Position numbers and translations under genes: made by a program. The notes under the pieces are model-generated. The model did not search any database. It worked only from the letters and a program-made list of their open reading frames with translations, and was not told where the DNA came from. From an uncultured Actinomycetota bacterium (GTDB lineage Bacteria; Actinomycetota; Actinomycetes; Propionibacteriales; Nocardioidaceae), in NCBI GenBank assembly GCA_963786595.1, contig CAWAZF010000003.1, positions 351 to 64,350 on the forward strand: a stretch of 64,000 nucleotides of DNA, read 5' to 3'. Positions within the stretch are counted from its first letter, which is position 1, and each line of letters begins with the position of its first letter. This document shows positions 32,384-45,102 of this stretch, in pieces.

Positions 32384-33655
32384 CTACCGAGGCAGACGCC
32401 GCAGCACGGCCCAGAACATCGCGTCGGTGCCGTCGAGGTGCGGCCACAGCTGGTGGACGGACTCGACGGTCGCCCCCGAGATCGCGCCGACGACCTCGCG
32501 GGTCTCGGCGAGGTGCGGCGAGCAGGTCGCGTAGACGACGACGCCACCGGGACGGGTAAGAGCGATCGCCCGGGCAAGGAGGTCGCGCTGCAGCGGCACG
32601 AGCGTCTCGAGGTCGTCGGCCGTGCGCCGCCACCGCGCCTCGGGCCGGCGACGCAGCGCTCCGAGCCCCGTGCACGGCGCGTCGACCAGGACCCGGTCGA
32701 ACGACCCGTCGGGCCACGGCCCAGCGCGTCCGTCGTGCTCGGTGACCTTGACGGTCGGCAGGAGGCGTACGCTCTGGCGCACCAGATCGGCACGATGGGG
32801 CTGCAGCTCGTTGGCGACGAGCGTCGCACCGCGCTGGGCGGCCAAGGCGCCGATCAGCGCGGCCTTGCCGCCCGGGCCGGCGCACAGGTCGAGCCATGCG
32901 GCATCGGGCCCCTCCAGCGCCGTGTCGGCCAGGGCCAGAGCGACCAGCTGCGACCCTTCGTCCTGCACGCCGGCCCGGCCCTCGCGCACGGCCGGGATCT
33001 CCCCGGGATCGCCGCCGTCGAGGATGCGGGCGTGGGGCGAGTGCCGACCCGCCTCCCCCGGCAGCTCGTCGGGCTCGCTCAGTCCGGGTCGGGCGACGAG
33101 CGTCACGCGAGGCGGAGTGTTGTCGGCCGCGAGCAGGGCTGGAAGGTCGCCGTCCGGGCGCAGGGCGTCGCGGAAGGCGCGCACGATCCAGACCGGGTGC
33201 GACGTGCGGATGGCGGTCGCGGCGTCGTCGTCGAGCCCCCGCGTGACGGTCTCGATCCATCCGTCGAGGTCCCGCTTGCCGATCGACCGCAACAGCGCGT
33301 TCGCGAAGTGGACCGGCTTGTGCCCGATCTCGCGCCGCACGACATCGACGGTGGTCGACACAGCCGCGTGTGCGGGCACGCGCATGCTGAGCAACTGGTG
33401 CGCACCGAGCCGAAGGGCGTCGAGGACCGGGGCGTCGATCGATCCGAGGCCCTTGCTCGCGACATGGTCAATCACCGCGTCATAGGTGCCTTGCCGGCGA
33501 ACCGTGCCGTGCACGAGCTCGGTGGCGAAGGCCGCGTCGCGCCCGGTGATCTGGTGCTCCGTCAGCATCGCGGGCAGCACCAGGTTGACATAGGCGTCGC
33601 GTTCGGCGACGGCGCGCAACACGTGAAAGGCGACCTGCCGGACCGGGTCCGTCAT
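32384..33655 (-). CDS. rsmB: RsmB/NOP-family rRNA m5C methyltransferase with NusB-like N-domain
   Basis: [33 protein letters not shown]. Confidence 0.93.
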   Translation of the reverse strand: MTDPVRQVAFHVLRAVAERDAYVNLVLPAMLTEHQITGRDAAFATELVHGTVRRQGTYDAVIDHVASKGLGSIDAPVLDALRLGAHQLLSMRVPAHAAVSTTVDVVRREIGHKPVHFANALLRSIGKRDLDGWIETVTRGLDDDAATAIRTSHPVWIVRAFRDALRPDGDLPALLAADNTPPRVTLVARPGLSEPDELPGEAGRHSPHARILDGGDPGEIPAVREGRAGVQDEGSQLVALALADTALEGPDAAWLDLCAGPGGKAALIGALAAQRGATLVANELQPHRADLVRQSVRLLPTVKVTEHDGRAGPWPDGSFDRVLVDAPCTGLGALRRRPEARWRRTADDLETLVPLQRDLLARAIALTRPGGVVVYATCSPHLAETREVVGAISGATVESVHQLWPHLDGTDAMFWAVLRRLPR

Positions 33656-33677
33656 GTCAGCCCCCGGACGAAGTCCG

Positions 33678-34601
33678 TCATTTCAGCTCCGCGACGTCCG
33701 GAAGCGTGGTGCCGCGCCCCCAGTCGGCTGCCGGCATCCGCTTGCGACCGAACGGCTGAACGTCGCCGAGCGCCACGTCCGTCGTCGCGGTGCCAACCCG
33801 GACCTCCTGCTTGCCGATGTCCAACCGGCCCGCCTCGAGCGTCGACTCCTCCAGCACGCGGACCGTCCCGAGCTTGAGGCGCTGGTCCGCCAGCATCGAC
33901 CACGCGCCCGGATCAGGGGTGCAGCCGCGAATCTGCCGGTCGACGGCGAAGGCCGGACGGCTCCAGTCGACGTGGGCGTCGTTCGTGGTGAGCTTCGCCG
34001 CGTACGAGACCCCGTCCTCCGCCTGCGGGTGGGCGGCGATGTCGCCGGCCTCGATGTGGTCGAGGGCGTCCACCACCAGACCGGCGCCCTCCCGTGCGAG
34101 ACGGTCGAGAAGCGTTCCGGCGGTGTCCTCGTCGCGGATGCGCTCGGTGATCATGCCCAGGACCGGACCGGCATCGAGCTCCTCCACCAGGCTGAACACG
34201 GTGGCTCCGGTGACCTCGTCGCCGGCCATGATCGCCCGCTGCACCGGGGCCGCTCCGCGCCATGCGGGCAGCACGGAGAAGTGCAGGTTGATCCAGCCGT
34301 ACTCGGGCAGGTCGAGCGCCTCGCGGCGAAGCAGGGCGCCGTAGGCCACGATCGGGCAGCAGGCGGGCTGGATGGCTCGGAGGTGTTCGAGGAACTCCGG
34401 ATCCGAGGGGGTCGCCGGCGTCAGAACCTCGATGCCGCGGGCGGCCGCGTGCTCGGCGACCGGCGAGGGGACTAGCCGGCGTCCGCGTCCGGACGGGGCC
34501 TCGGGTCGGGTGAGCACCGCCGCGACCTCGTGGCGGCTGGCGAGGATCGCGTCGAGGGTCGGGACAGACGTCTCGGGCGTCCCGGCGAACACGATCCTCA
34601 C
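33678..34601 (-). CDS. fmt: Methionyl-tRNA formyltransferase
   Basis: MRIVFAGTP, INLHFSVLPAWRGAAPVQ, LDAGP; TACACT 7 nt before the GTG. Confidence 0.97.
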   Translation of the reverse strand: MRIVFAGTPETSVPTLDAILASRHEVAAVLTRPEAPSGRGRRLVPSPVAEHAAARGIEVLTPATPSDPEFLEHLRAIQPACCPIVAYGALLRREALDLPEYGWINLHFSVLPAWRGAAPVQRAIMAGDEVTGATVFSLVEELDAGPVLGMITERIRDEDTAGTLLDRLAREGAGLVVDALDHIEAGDIAAHPQAEDGVSYAAKLTTNDAHVDWSRPAFAVDRQIRGCTPDPGAWSMLADQRLKLGTVRVLEESTLEAGRLDIGKQEVRVGTATTDVALGDVQPFGRKRMPAADWGRGTTLPDVAELK

Positions 34602-34630
34602 GGGCCCGAGTGTAGGAGGGCCACCGGTGG

Positions 34631-36637
34631 CTAGAACGTGAGTGGGTCGACGCGGACTCGCACGGGCGGCAGCTTGGCCGCGCTGCGCTCGGCCTGCACG
34701 CCCTGCAGGGCCGCCGCCAGCGCCGCGCCCTCACGCCGCGGCGCGCGCAGCACCAGTCGCTCGCCGTCGTCCGTTGGCACCGGGCCCAGCACCTCGGTGT
34801 TCTGCGTCCAGGCACGGGCGGCCAGCGGTTCGACGACGTCGGCCGGTCCGTCGACGGTGGCCAGCCGGCCGATCGGGGGCAGGTGGGTCTCGGCCCGGAT
34901 GGCGAGCTCGCGTGCGGCGAGCCCGATCGGGTCGGCGCGCACCAGGGCCTGCAGGGATGCTGCGTCGCCGACGGCAACGGCGGGGGCGGTCTCCCGAGCC
35001 AGGGCGAGGGCGTTGAACCATCGCCGGTGCGACTCCTCGACCACGCGGACGTCGTCACGCGACAGCATCAGCCAGGTGTCCATCAGGACGACCAGCGCGT
35101 AGCCGCCCGGCACTCTCGGCTCGGCGCCGGGAGTGGCAAGAACGATCACCTGGCCCGGCTCGACCGCGTCCAACACCGTGTCGCCTCCCGACGTGACCAC
35201 CTCGTGATCGGGGAAGGCTTTTGCGTACTCCTCGGCCGTTCGCACGTGTCCCAGGCTCGGAGCCCGGAGGGCATCTGCGCCACAAGTGGGGCAGGCCCAC
35301 GGCGAGGGCTGGTGCCCGCACCAGCGACACTCCACCGGCTGACTGGCGCCGCCCTGGGCGAGGGGCCCGTTGCACTGCGGGCAGCGTGCCTGTGCCCGGC
35401 AGCGCTGGCAGGCGAGGGACGTACGGTAGCCGCGCCGCGGAACCTGGACGAGGACCGGCCCGTCGGCCGCGCGGATGGCCTGGAACACCGCGTGCGGCAG
35501 CCGGGCCGGTGCCCCTCCGTCGACGGCACCGTCGGTGACCTCGACGGTGGGCCAGCGGCGTCGGCGGGTGACCGGCTCGGCGACGAGGTCGGAGCTCCAT
35601 CCGCTCTCGACCAGCGCCTGGCTCTCTGCGGTGCGGGCGTGACCGCCGATGAGCACCGCCGCTCCCTCGCGGGTCGCGCGGGTGAGCAGGATCTCGCGCG
35701 TGTGCGGGTACGGAGCCCGCGGCTCGGCGAAGAGGTCGTCGCCGTCGTCGAACATCGCGACGAGCCCGAGATCCGCCACCGGGGCGAACGCGGCTCCGCG
35801 GGTACCCAGAACCACGCGTATGGAGCCCCGGGCGACCGCGAGGTACGCCCGGTACCGCTCGTCCGGCTTCTGCGACCCGGTAAGCACGACATGCCGCCCC
35901 TCCCCCAGCACCGAGGTGAACGTCTCGTGCCACCGGGCCGCGTCGCGCACGTCGGGCACGCACACGATGCTGCCGCGTCCGGCATGGAGCGCGGCGAGGA
36001 CCGCCTCGGCGACGGCTTCGGCCGGCTCATGGGCCGGGAGCGCCGCCCAGCAGGCCCGTGGCCGCTCCCCTGCCGCGAGGGCGGCGATGAACGATGAGCC
36101 GTGCGGCCACCACGACCAGGCATCGTCCGTGCGCGCCGGCAGCGCCCCCTCGGCGGCCACGCTCGGATGTGCCTCCGCGCGCGCATGGCGAGGTGGCACG
36201 GCCAGTCGGAGGACGTCGCTGAGCGTGCCGGCCCAACGATCAGCGACTGCCCGGCACAGCCCCAGGACGGTCTGCGACAGCACCGGCTCCGCCGAGACGA
36301 CCTTGCTCAGGAACGCCAGGTCGCCCTCGTGGTCGCTCGTCTCGACGCGATCGACGACGAAGGCGTCAGTGAGACGTCCGGAGAAGCGCACCCGGACGCG
36401 GCAGCCGGGCACGACGTCCGCGTCGAGCGTCGTGGGGACGAGGTAGTCGAACGGACGGTCGAGGTGGGCCAGGGGCGAGTCGACCACCACGCGGGCCACC
36501 GGGAGCACCGGCGCTCGTTCGGGAGCCGGCTTGGCGGCCCGCTTGCGCGGCGTGCGACCAGTGACGGGAACGTCAGAAGGGACCAGAGCAAGCTGCTCCG
36601 GTCCCTCCTGGTCGGTCTGGTCCTGATCCGTCGCCAC
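34631..36637 (-). CDS. priA: Primosomal protein N' (helicase motifs degenerate)
   Basis: HLDRPFDYLVP, VRVRFSGR, four CxxC pairs; no Walker A, and DDGD in place of DEEH. Confidence 0.92.
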   Translation of the reverse strand: MATDQDQTDQEGPEQLALVPSDVPVTGRTPRKRAAKPAPERAPVLPVARVVVDSPLAHLDRPFDYLVPTTLDADVVPGCRVRVRFSGRLTDAFVVDRVETSDHEGDLAFLSKVVSAEPVLSQTVLGLCRAVADRWAGTLSDVLRLAVPPRHARAEAHPSVAAEGALPARTDDAWSWWPHGSSFIAALAAGERPRACWAALPAHEPAEAVAEAVLAALHAGRGSIVCVPDVRDAARWHETFTSVLGEGRHVVLTGSQKPDERYRAYLAVARGSIRVVLGTRGAAFAPVADLGLVAMFDDGDDLFAEPRAPYPHTREILLTRATREGAAVLIGGHARTAESQALVESGWSSDLVAEPVTRRRRWPTVEVTDGAVDGGAPARLPHAVFQAIRAADGPVLVQVPRRGYRTSLACQRCRAQARCPQCNGPLAQGGASQPVECRWCGHQPSPWACPTCGADALRAPSLGHVRTAEEYAKAFPDHEVVTSGGDTVLDAVEPGQVIVLATPGAEPRVPGGYALVVLMDTWLMLSRDDVRVVEESHRRWFNALALARETAPAVAVGDAASLQALVRADPIGLAARELAIRAETHLPPIGRLATVDGPADVVEPLAARAWTQNTEVLGPVPTDDGERLVLRAPRREGAALAAALQGVQAERSAAKLPPVRVRVDPLTF

Positions 36638-36668
36638 GCTGCTGTTCTACCAGCAGGCGGAGACGGGT

Positions 36669-37862
36669 TCAGGCGCCGGCGGCGGCCTTCAGGGCGTCCG
36701 CGCGGTCGGTCTTCTCCCAGGTGAAGTCGTCGAGCTCACGGCCGAAGTGGCCGTAGGCGGCGGACTTGGCGTAGATCGGGCGCATCAGGTCGAGGTCGCG
36801 CACGATCGCGGCCGGACGCAGGTCGAACACCTCGAGCACCGCGGCACGGATCGTCTCGACCGGCACCGTCTCGGTGCCGAACGTCTCGACGTAGAAGCCA
36901 ACCGGGTGCGAGACACCGATGGCGTACGCCACCTGGACCTCAGCCTTGGTGGCGAGCCCGGCCGCGACGATGTTCTTGGCCACCCAGCGCATGGCGTAGG
37001 CCGCAGAGCGGTCGACCTTGCTCGGGTCCTTGCCGGAGAACGCGCCACCGCCGTGTCGGGCGTAGCCGCCGTACGTGTCGACGATGATCTTGCGGCCGGT
37101 GAGGCCGGCGTCGCCCATGGGGCCGCCGATGACGAACTTGCCCGTGGGGTTGATGTGTGACTTGTAGTCGGAGGAGTCGATGTCGTAGTTCGCGAGCACC
37201 GAGTCGATGACGTGCTTCTTGAGGTCCGGTGCGAGCTGGGCCTCCAGGTCGACGCCGTCCTCGTGCTGCGTCGAGATGACGATGGCCTCGACGCGCAAGG
37301 GCTTGTCGTCATCGTCGTACTCGATCGTGACCTGGGTCTTGCCGTCCGGACGCAGGTAGGGGAGGGTGCCGTCCTTGCGCACCGCGGTGAGCTGCTCGGC
37401 CAGCCGGTGGGCGATGGTGATCGGCAGCGGCATGAGCTCGGGGGTCTCGTCGCACGCGAAGCCGAACATCAGGCCCTGGTCGCCGGCGCCCTGGAGGTCG
37501 AGCGGATCGACCGATCCGTCGAGGCGGGCCTCCTCGGCGCGGTCGACACCTTGGGCGATGTCGGGCGACTGGGCGTCGAGCGTGATCTGCACGGCGCAGG
37601 ACTCGCCGTCGAAGCCCTTGACCGAGGAGTCGTAGCCGATCTCCAGCACGCGGTCGCGGGCCACGCGGGCGATGTCGACGTACGCCTCGGTGGTGACCTC
37701 GCCGCCGACGAGCACCATGCCCGTGGTGACGAACGTCTCGCAGGCGACCCGGCTCTTCGGGTCGTCGGTCAGCAGTGCGTCGAGGACGCTGTCGCTGATC
37801 TGGTCGGCAATCTTGTCCGGGTGACCCTCGGTCACGGACTCGGACGTGAAGAAGCGGCTCAC
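36669..37862 (-). CDS. metK: S-adenosylmethionine synthetase
   Basis: [29 protein letters not shown]-type motif ([11 protein letters not shown]), GGGAFSGKD. Confidence 0.98.
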   Translation of the reverse strand: MSRFFTSESVTEGHPDKIADQISDSVLDALLTDDPKSRVACETFVTTGMVLVGGEVTTEAYVDIARVARDRVLEIGYDSSVKGFDGESCAVQITLDAQSPDIAQGVDRAEEARLDGSVDPLDLQGAGDQGLMFGFACDETPELMPLPITIAHRLAEQLTAVRKDGTLPYLRPDGKTQVTIEYDDDDKPLRVEAIVISTQHEDGVDLEAQLAPDLKKHVIDSVLANYDIDSSDYKSHINPTGKFVIGGPMGDAGLTGRKIIVDTYGGYARHGGGAFSGKDPSKVDRSAAYAMRWVAKNIVAAGLATKAEVQVAYAIGVSHPVGFYVETFGTETVPVETIRAAVLEVFDLRPAAIVRDLDLMRPIYAKSAAYGHFGRELDDFTWEKTDRADALKAAAGA

Positions 37863-37886
37863 TCGAGTTCTCCTGGAAGCGATTCG

Positions 37887-37932
37887 GTGCCGACGGACAT
37901 CCCGCCGTCAGCACTGGGTTGGAGGCAGTCTA
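37887..37932 (-). promoter_or_regulatory. metK -10 (TAGACT, 37927-37932) and 10-bp 5'-UTR hairpin (37887-37914)
   Basis: GTGCTGACGG-CGGGATGT-CCGTCGGCAC, upstream of the SD and GTG. Confidence 0.5.
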
Positions 37933-37988
37933 GACGGAGATGTCCGCATGCTGGTGCAAAGGTCCGCATCCCGGGCATCACGGCGTCG

Positions 37989-39191
37989 TCACTCGGCCAG
38001 GGCGATGACGGCGTCCCACACCGCGTGCGCCAGGGCGATCTTCGGCCCGTGAGCCACCGGGGTGACCGAGCCGTCGGAGCCGAGGATGACGGCTTCGTTG
38101 TCGTCGCGGCCGAACACGCGCTCGCCGCTGACGTCGTTGACGACCAACAGGTCGCAGCCCTTGCGCTCCAGCTTCGCTCGGGCATGGTCGAGCACGGAGC
38201 CGTTCGCGTCGCCGGTCTCGGCGGCGAACCCCACGACGACCGGACGCTTGCTGACCCGGGTGTGCACCAGCTCGACCAGGATGTCGGGGTTCTCGACGAG
38301 GTTGATCTGTGGGGCATCGCCGCTCGGTGTCTTCTTGATCTTGGACTCGACCCGGGCGTCCGGACGGAAGTCTGCGGGCGCGGCGGCCATCACGACGGCG
38401 TCGGCGTCGGCGGCGGCGAGCAGCACCTCCCGGCGCAGGTCCTCGGTGCTCACCACCGGCACCAGCTCGACGCCGGCCGGCTCGGGCAAGGACACGTTGG
38501 CCGCCACGATCGTGACCGTGGCGCCGCGGGCGACCGCAGCCTCGGCGAGCGCGTAGCCCTGCCGGCCCGAGGAGCGGTTGCCGAGGAAGCGGACGGGATC
38601 GAGGTACTCACGGGTGCCGCCCGCCGACACCACCATGTGCTTACCCACCAGGTCTTGGACTCGCGACTCGAGAACGTTCATGCACGCGGCAAAGATTTCC
38701 ACCGGCTCGACCAGCCGACCTGGACCAGAATCGGCACCGGTGAGGCGACCAGACGCGGGATCAAGCACCAAGACTCCACGTGACCGCAAGGTGTCAACGT
38801 TGGCGCGAGTACTCGCGCTCTCCCACATCTCGGTGTGCATGGCCGGGGCCATCACGACGGGACAGCGCGCCGTGAGCAGCGTGTTGGTGAGGAGGTCGTC
38901 GGCGAGGCCGTGCGCCGCCTTCGCGAGCAGGTTGGCCGTGGCCGGCGCCACGACGACCAGGTCGGCGTGCTGCCCGAGCCGGACGTGGGGCACCTCGTGG
39001 ACGTCCTCGAAGACGCCGGTGCGCACGGGTCGACCGGACAGAGCCTCCCAGGTGGGGGCTCCGACGAAGCGCAGCGCAGCCTCGGTGGGGACGACCGTGA
39101 CCTGGTGGCCGGACTCGGTGAACAGGCGCACCAGCGAGGCGGACTTGTACGCGGCGATGCCGCCGGACACGCCGAGAATGATCTCGCTCAT
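37989..39191 (-). CDS. coaBC: Phosphopantothenoylcysteine decarboxylase/synthetase
   Basis: GVSGGIAAYK, APATAN, APAMH, GGTRE..DPVRFLGNRSSG, GFAAET, VVNDV. Confidence 0.97.
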   Translation of the reverse strand: MSEIILGVSGGIAAYKSASLVRLFTESGHQVTVVPTEAALRFVGAPTWEALSGRPVRTGVFEDVHEVPHVRLGQHADLVVVAPATANLLAKAAHGLADDLLTNTLLTARCPVVMAPAMHTEMWESASTRANVDTLRSRGVLVLDPASGRLTGADSGPGRLVEPVEIFAACMNVLESRVQDLVGKHMVVSAGGTREYLDPVRFLGNRSSGRQGYALAEAAVARGATVTIVAANVSLPEPAGVELVPVVSTEDLRREVLLAAADADAVVMAAAPADFRPDARVESKIKKTPSGDAPQINLVENPDILVELVHTRVSKRPVVVGFAAETGDANGSVLDHARAKLERKGCDLLVVNDVSGERVFGRDDNEAVILGSDGSVTPVAHGPKIALAHAVWDAVIALAE

Positions 39192-39215
39192 CCGTGCCTC
39201 CAGTCGTCGGGAGGG

Positions 39216-39488
39216 TCAGGCCTCTTCGGGCTCGATGTCCTCGACGGTGAGCAGGTCGCCGTTGATCTCGCGGAGCGCGATCGACAGCGGCTTCTCCTGC
39301 ACGTGCGTCTCCAGCAGCGGGCCGACGTACTCGAGCAGGCCCTCACCGAGCTGTGAGTAGTAGGCGTTGATCTGACGAGCGCGCTTGGCGCTGTACAGCA
39401 CGAGCTTGTACTTGGAGTCGGCCTTCTCCAGAAGGTCGTCGATCGGGGGGTTGGTGATGCCCTCGGCGACGGAGCGCGTGGTGGTCAC
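39216..39488 (-). CDS. rpoZ: RNA polymerase omega subunit
   Basis: [38 protein letters not shown]. Confidence 0.97.
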   Translation of the reverse strand: MTTTRSVAEGITNPPIDDLLEKADSKYKLVLYSAKRARQINAYYSQLGEGLLEYVGPLLETHVQEKPLSIALREINGDLLTVEDIEPEEA

Positions 39489-39526
39489 AAAGCCTCACAG
39501 TGCAGTGGGTTGGTCGTGCAAGATCG

Positions 39527-40129
39527 TCACGGCTGACTGCCGGACCTGACCAAGTCTACCAAGGCTGCGCAGGCCGACGCGACATCGGTGTTGACGATCG
39601 TGACGTCGAACTCCTCCTCGGCCGCCATCTCCTCGCGCGCGGTCTCGAGGCGACGGGCGCGTTCCTCGGCGTCCTCGGTCCCCCGGCCGACGAGTCGGCG
39701 CTCCAGCTCGGTCTGGCTGGGAGGGGCGAGGAAGACCATCAGGGCGTCGGGCATGCGCTCGCGCACCTGGCGGGCGCCCTGCAGGTCGATCTCCAGCAGC
39801 GCGGCCCGTCCGGCGGCGAGCTGCTCCTCCACGGGCGCTCGAGGCGTGCCGTAACGCGCCAGGCGGTGCACGACGGCCCACTCGAGCAGGCCGTCGGTGG
39901 CGACGAGGCGGTCGAACTCGTCATCGTCGACGAAGTGGTAGTGCAGGCCGTCGACCTCACCGGGCCGCGGCCGGCGGGTGGTGACGGAGACGGAGATCCA
40001 GATGTCGGGGTGGTGCTGGCGCACGCAGTCGGCCACCGTCCCCTTGCCGACCGCGGTGGGGCCGGCAAGGACGACGAGGCGGGAAGGAGCGAGGGGCTGG
40101 GGGGATGGCGGGGTTGGCCCGTCAGCCAC
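39527..40129 (-). CDS. gmk: Guanylate kinase
   Basis: [31 protein letters not shown]. Confidence 0.97.
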   Translation of the reverse strand: MADGPTPPSPQPLAPSRLVVLAGPTAVGKGTVADCVRQHHPDIWISVSVTTRRPRPGEVDGLHYHFVDDDEFDRLVATDGLLEWAVVHRLARYGTPRAPVEEQLAAGRAALLEIDLQGARQVRERMPDALMVFLAPPSQTELERRLVGRGTEDAEERARRLETAREEMAAEEEFDVTIVNTDVASACAALVDLVRSGSQP

Positions 40130-40457
40130 CCGACTTGCCGCCCTTGCCGCCGAACTCCTTCAGCAGGGCCTGGATCTGGTTGGCGCCCAGGCCTCGCAGG
40201 CGACGGCTGTCGGCGATGCCGATGCGATCCATGATCTCCTTGGCCCGGACCTTGCCCACCGTGGGCAAGGACTGCAACAGGTCCCTGACCCTCAGCTTGG
40301 CGATGATCTCGTTGGCCCTGGACTCCTGGAGTACCTCGGCGAGCGTCGTTCCGCCCGTCTTGAGGCGGTTCTTCACTTCTGCTCGCAGCCGACGTGCTTG
40401 CGCTGCCTTTTCGAGTGCGGCTTGCCGTTGCTCCGGCGTCAAGATGGGGAGTGCCAC
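40122..40457 (-). CDS. mihF: Actinobacterial integration host factor (mIHF/sIHF)
   Basis: [39 protein letters not shown]. Confidence 0.95.
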   Translation of the reverse strand: MALPILTPEQRQAALEKAAQARRLRAEVKNRLKTGGTTLAEVLQESRANEIIAKLRVRDLLQSLPTVGKVRAKEIMDRIGIADSRRLRGLGANQIQALLKEFGGKGGKSGG

Positions 40458-40487
40458 AACTTCACCTCTCTGTTGAGGAACACGTGG

Positions 40488-40919
40488 TCACGTGAGTGTG
40501 ATCTCGCATTCCTGCTGGACATTCTTCACGACGGCCCGGCGTTGCGGGGTCGTCTTGTTGAACGCCTCATACGCGTTGTTGAGCGTCTTGAGCTGCTCCG
40601 TGTCGAGCTTCTTCACCTTGTCCTCGTCCTGCATCTCTTCGAGCTTGATGCCGACCTTGTCCTGCGCGTTCAACACGGATGCGGTGACCTCGGCGAGCTC
40701 CGTCCAGTCCTTCTTGACGGCGGCGGGCGAGACCTTGGCGACGGACCGGAAGGCTCGCGCGTACGAACGGTATGCGGCGTTCGTGCGTTTCTCCCCGAGC
40801 GAGTTGAGCGTGGACTCCTGGTCCTTGACGGCGGTGCAGTAGGGATCCTCACCGACACATGCCGTCAGCGTGGTGAACACGACGAGAGTCGCGATCACGC
40901 AGGTGACGGCACGTTTCAT
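40488..40919 (-). CDS. Hypothetical lipoprotein (143 aa)
   Basis: MKR plus hydrophobic stretch plus LTAC lipobox; two further Cys; SD AGGAG; ATGA overlap with the pyrF stop. Confidence 0.75.
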   Translation of the reverse strand: MKRAVTCVIATLVVFTTLTACVGEDPYCTAVKDQESTLNSLGEKRTNAAYRSYARAFRSVAKVSPAAVKKDWTELAEVTASVLNAQDKVGIKLEEMQDEDKVKKLDTEQLKTLNNAYEAFNKTTPQRRAVVKNVQQECEITLT

Positions 40920-41760
40920 TCAGGACTCCTAGTCGTACTGTGCATCTGCAGGGAGCGTACAAGTTCCGCGTTGACCTGGGCAGCAGAATCGCGGAGAGCC
41001 GTGACGTCGGATCCGGCGGCCAAAACCCCCCGTGACGTGGACGGAAGCACGTAGTCGGCGACCGAGCCGAACAGCCGGACCACGTCGTCGACCGTGCCGC
41101 CCTGCGCGCCGAACCCCGGGGCGAGCAGTGGGCCGTTGATCCCGAGGTCCTCCTCGGTGGACCCGATCGTGGCCCCGACGACTGCTCCGAACGAGCCCAT
41201 CGGCGTCTTGCCAGCGTTCAGCTCACGCAGCTGGGACAGGATGCGACCGGCGACGGTGGCATCACCGCTGACGGCCTGCTGGACCTCCGGGCCCTCCGGA
41301 TTGGACGTGAGGGCCAGCACGAAGACGCCGCCGTCGTGCTGCTCAGCGACCGTGAAGAACGGCTCGAGCGACCCGAAGCCGAGGAACGGGCTGACGGTGA
41401 CCGCGTCGGCGCACATCGGGCTGTCCTCGTCGAGGTACGCCTCGGCGTAGGCGGCCGCGGTGCTGCCGATGTCGCCGCGTTTCACATCGAGGATCACGAG
41501 GGTGCCGGTGTGCCGCAGGTCCTGGATCGTCCGCTCGAGCACGGCCACGCCCCGCGAGCCGAAGCGCTCGAAGAACGCGGACTGCGGCTTGCAGAATGCG
41601 ACGTGGCCGGCGAACGCGTCCACGCAGGTGGCCGCGAACCGCTCCAGCCCCTCGACCGAGTCGGGCAGCTTCCAGTGGTCGAGCAGCGCGGCGTGTGGGT
41701 CGATGCCGACGCACGCGGGCCCGTACGCGTCCATGGCCACCCTGGCCCGGGAGCCGAAGC

Positions 41761-41764
<4 letters not shown>
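40916..41764 (-). CDS. pyrF: Orotidine-5'-phosphate decarboxylase
   Basis: [33 protein letters not shown]. Confidence 0.96.

Positions 41765-45098
<3,334 letters not shown>

Positions 45099-45102
<4 letters not shown>

Noticed and set aside
37863-37930. Known SAM riboswitch upstream of metK
   Set aside because: The leader is too short and lacks SAM-I, SAM-IV and SMK core motifs; kept only as a low-interest hairpin.
40481-40503. CACGTG-GT-CACGTG / GTCAC-N6-GTGAT upstream of mihF as an operator
   Set aside because: Short motif overlapping the lipoprotein stop; could arise by chance; no independent support.
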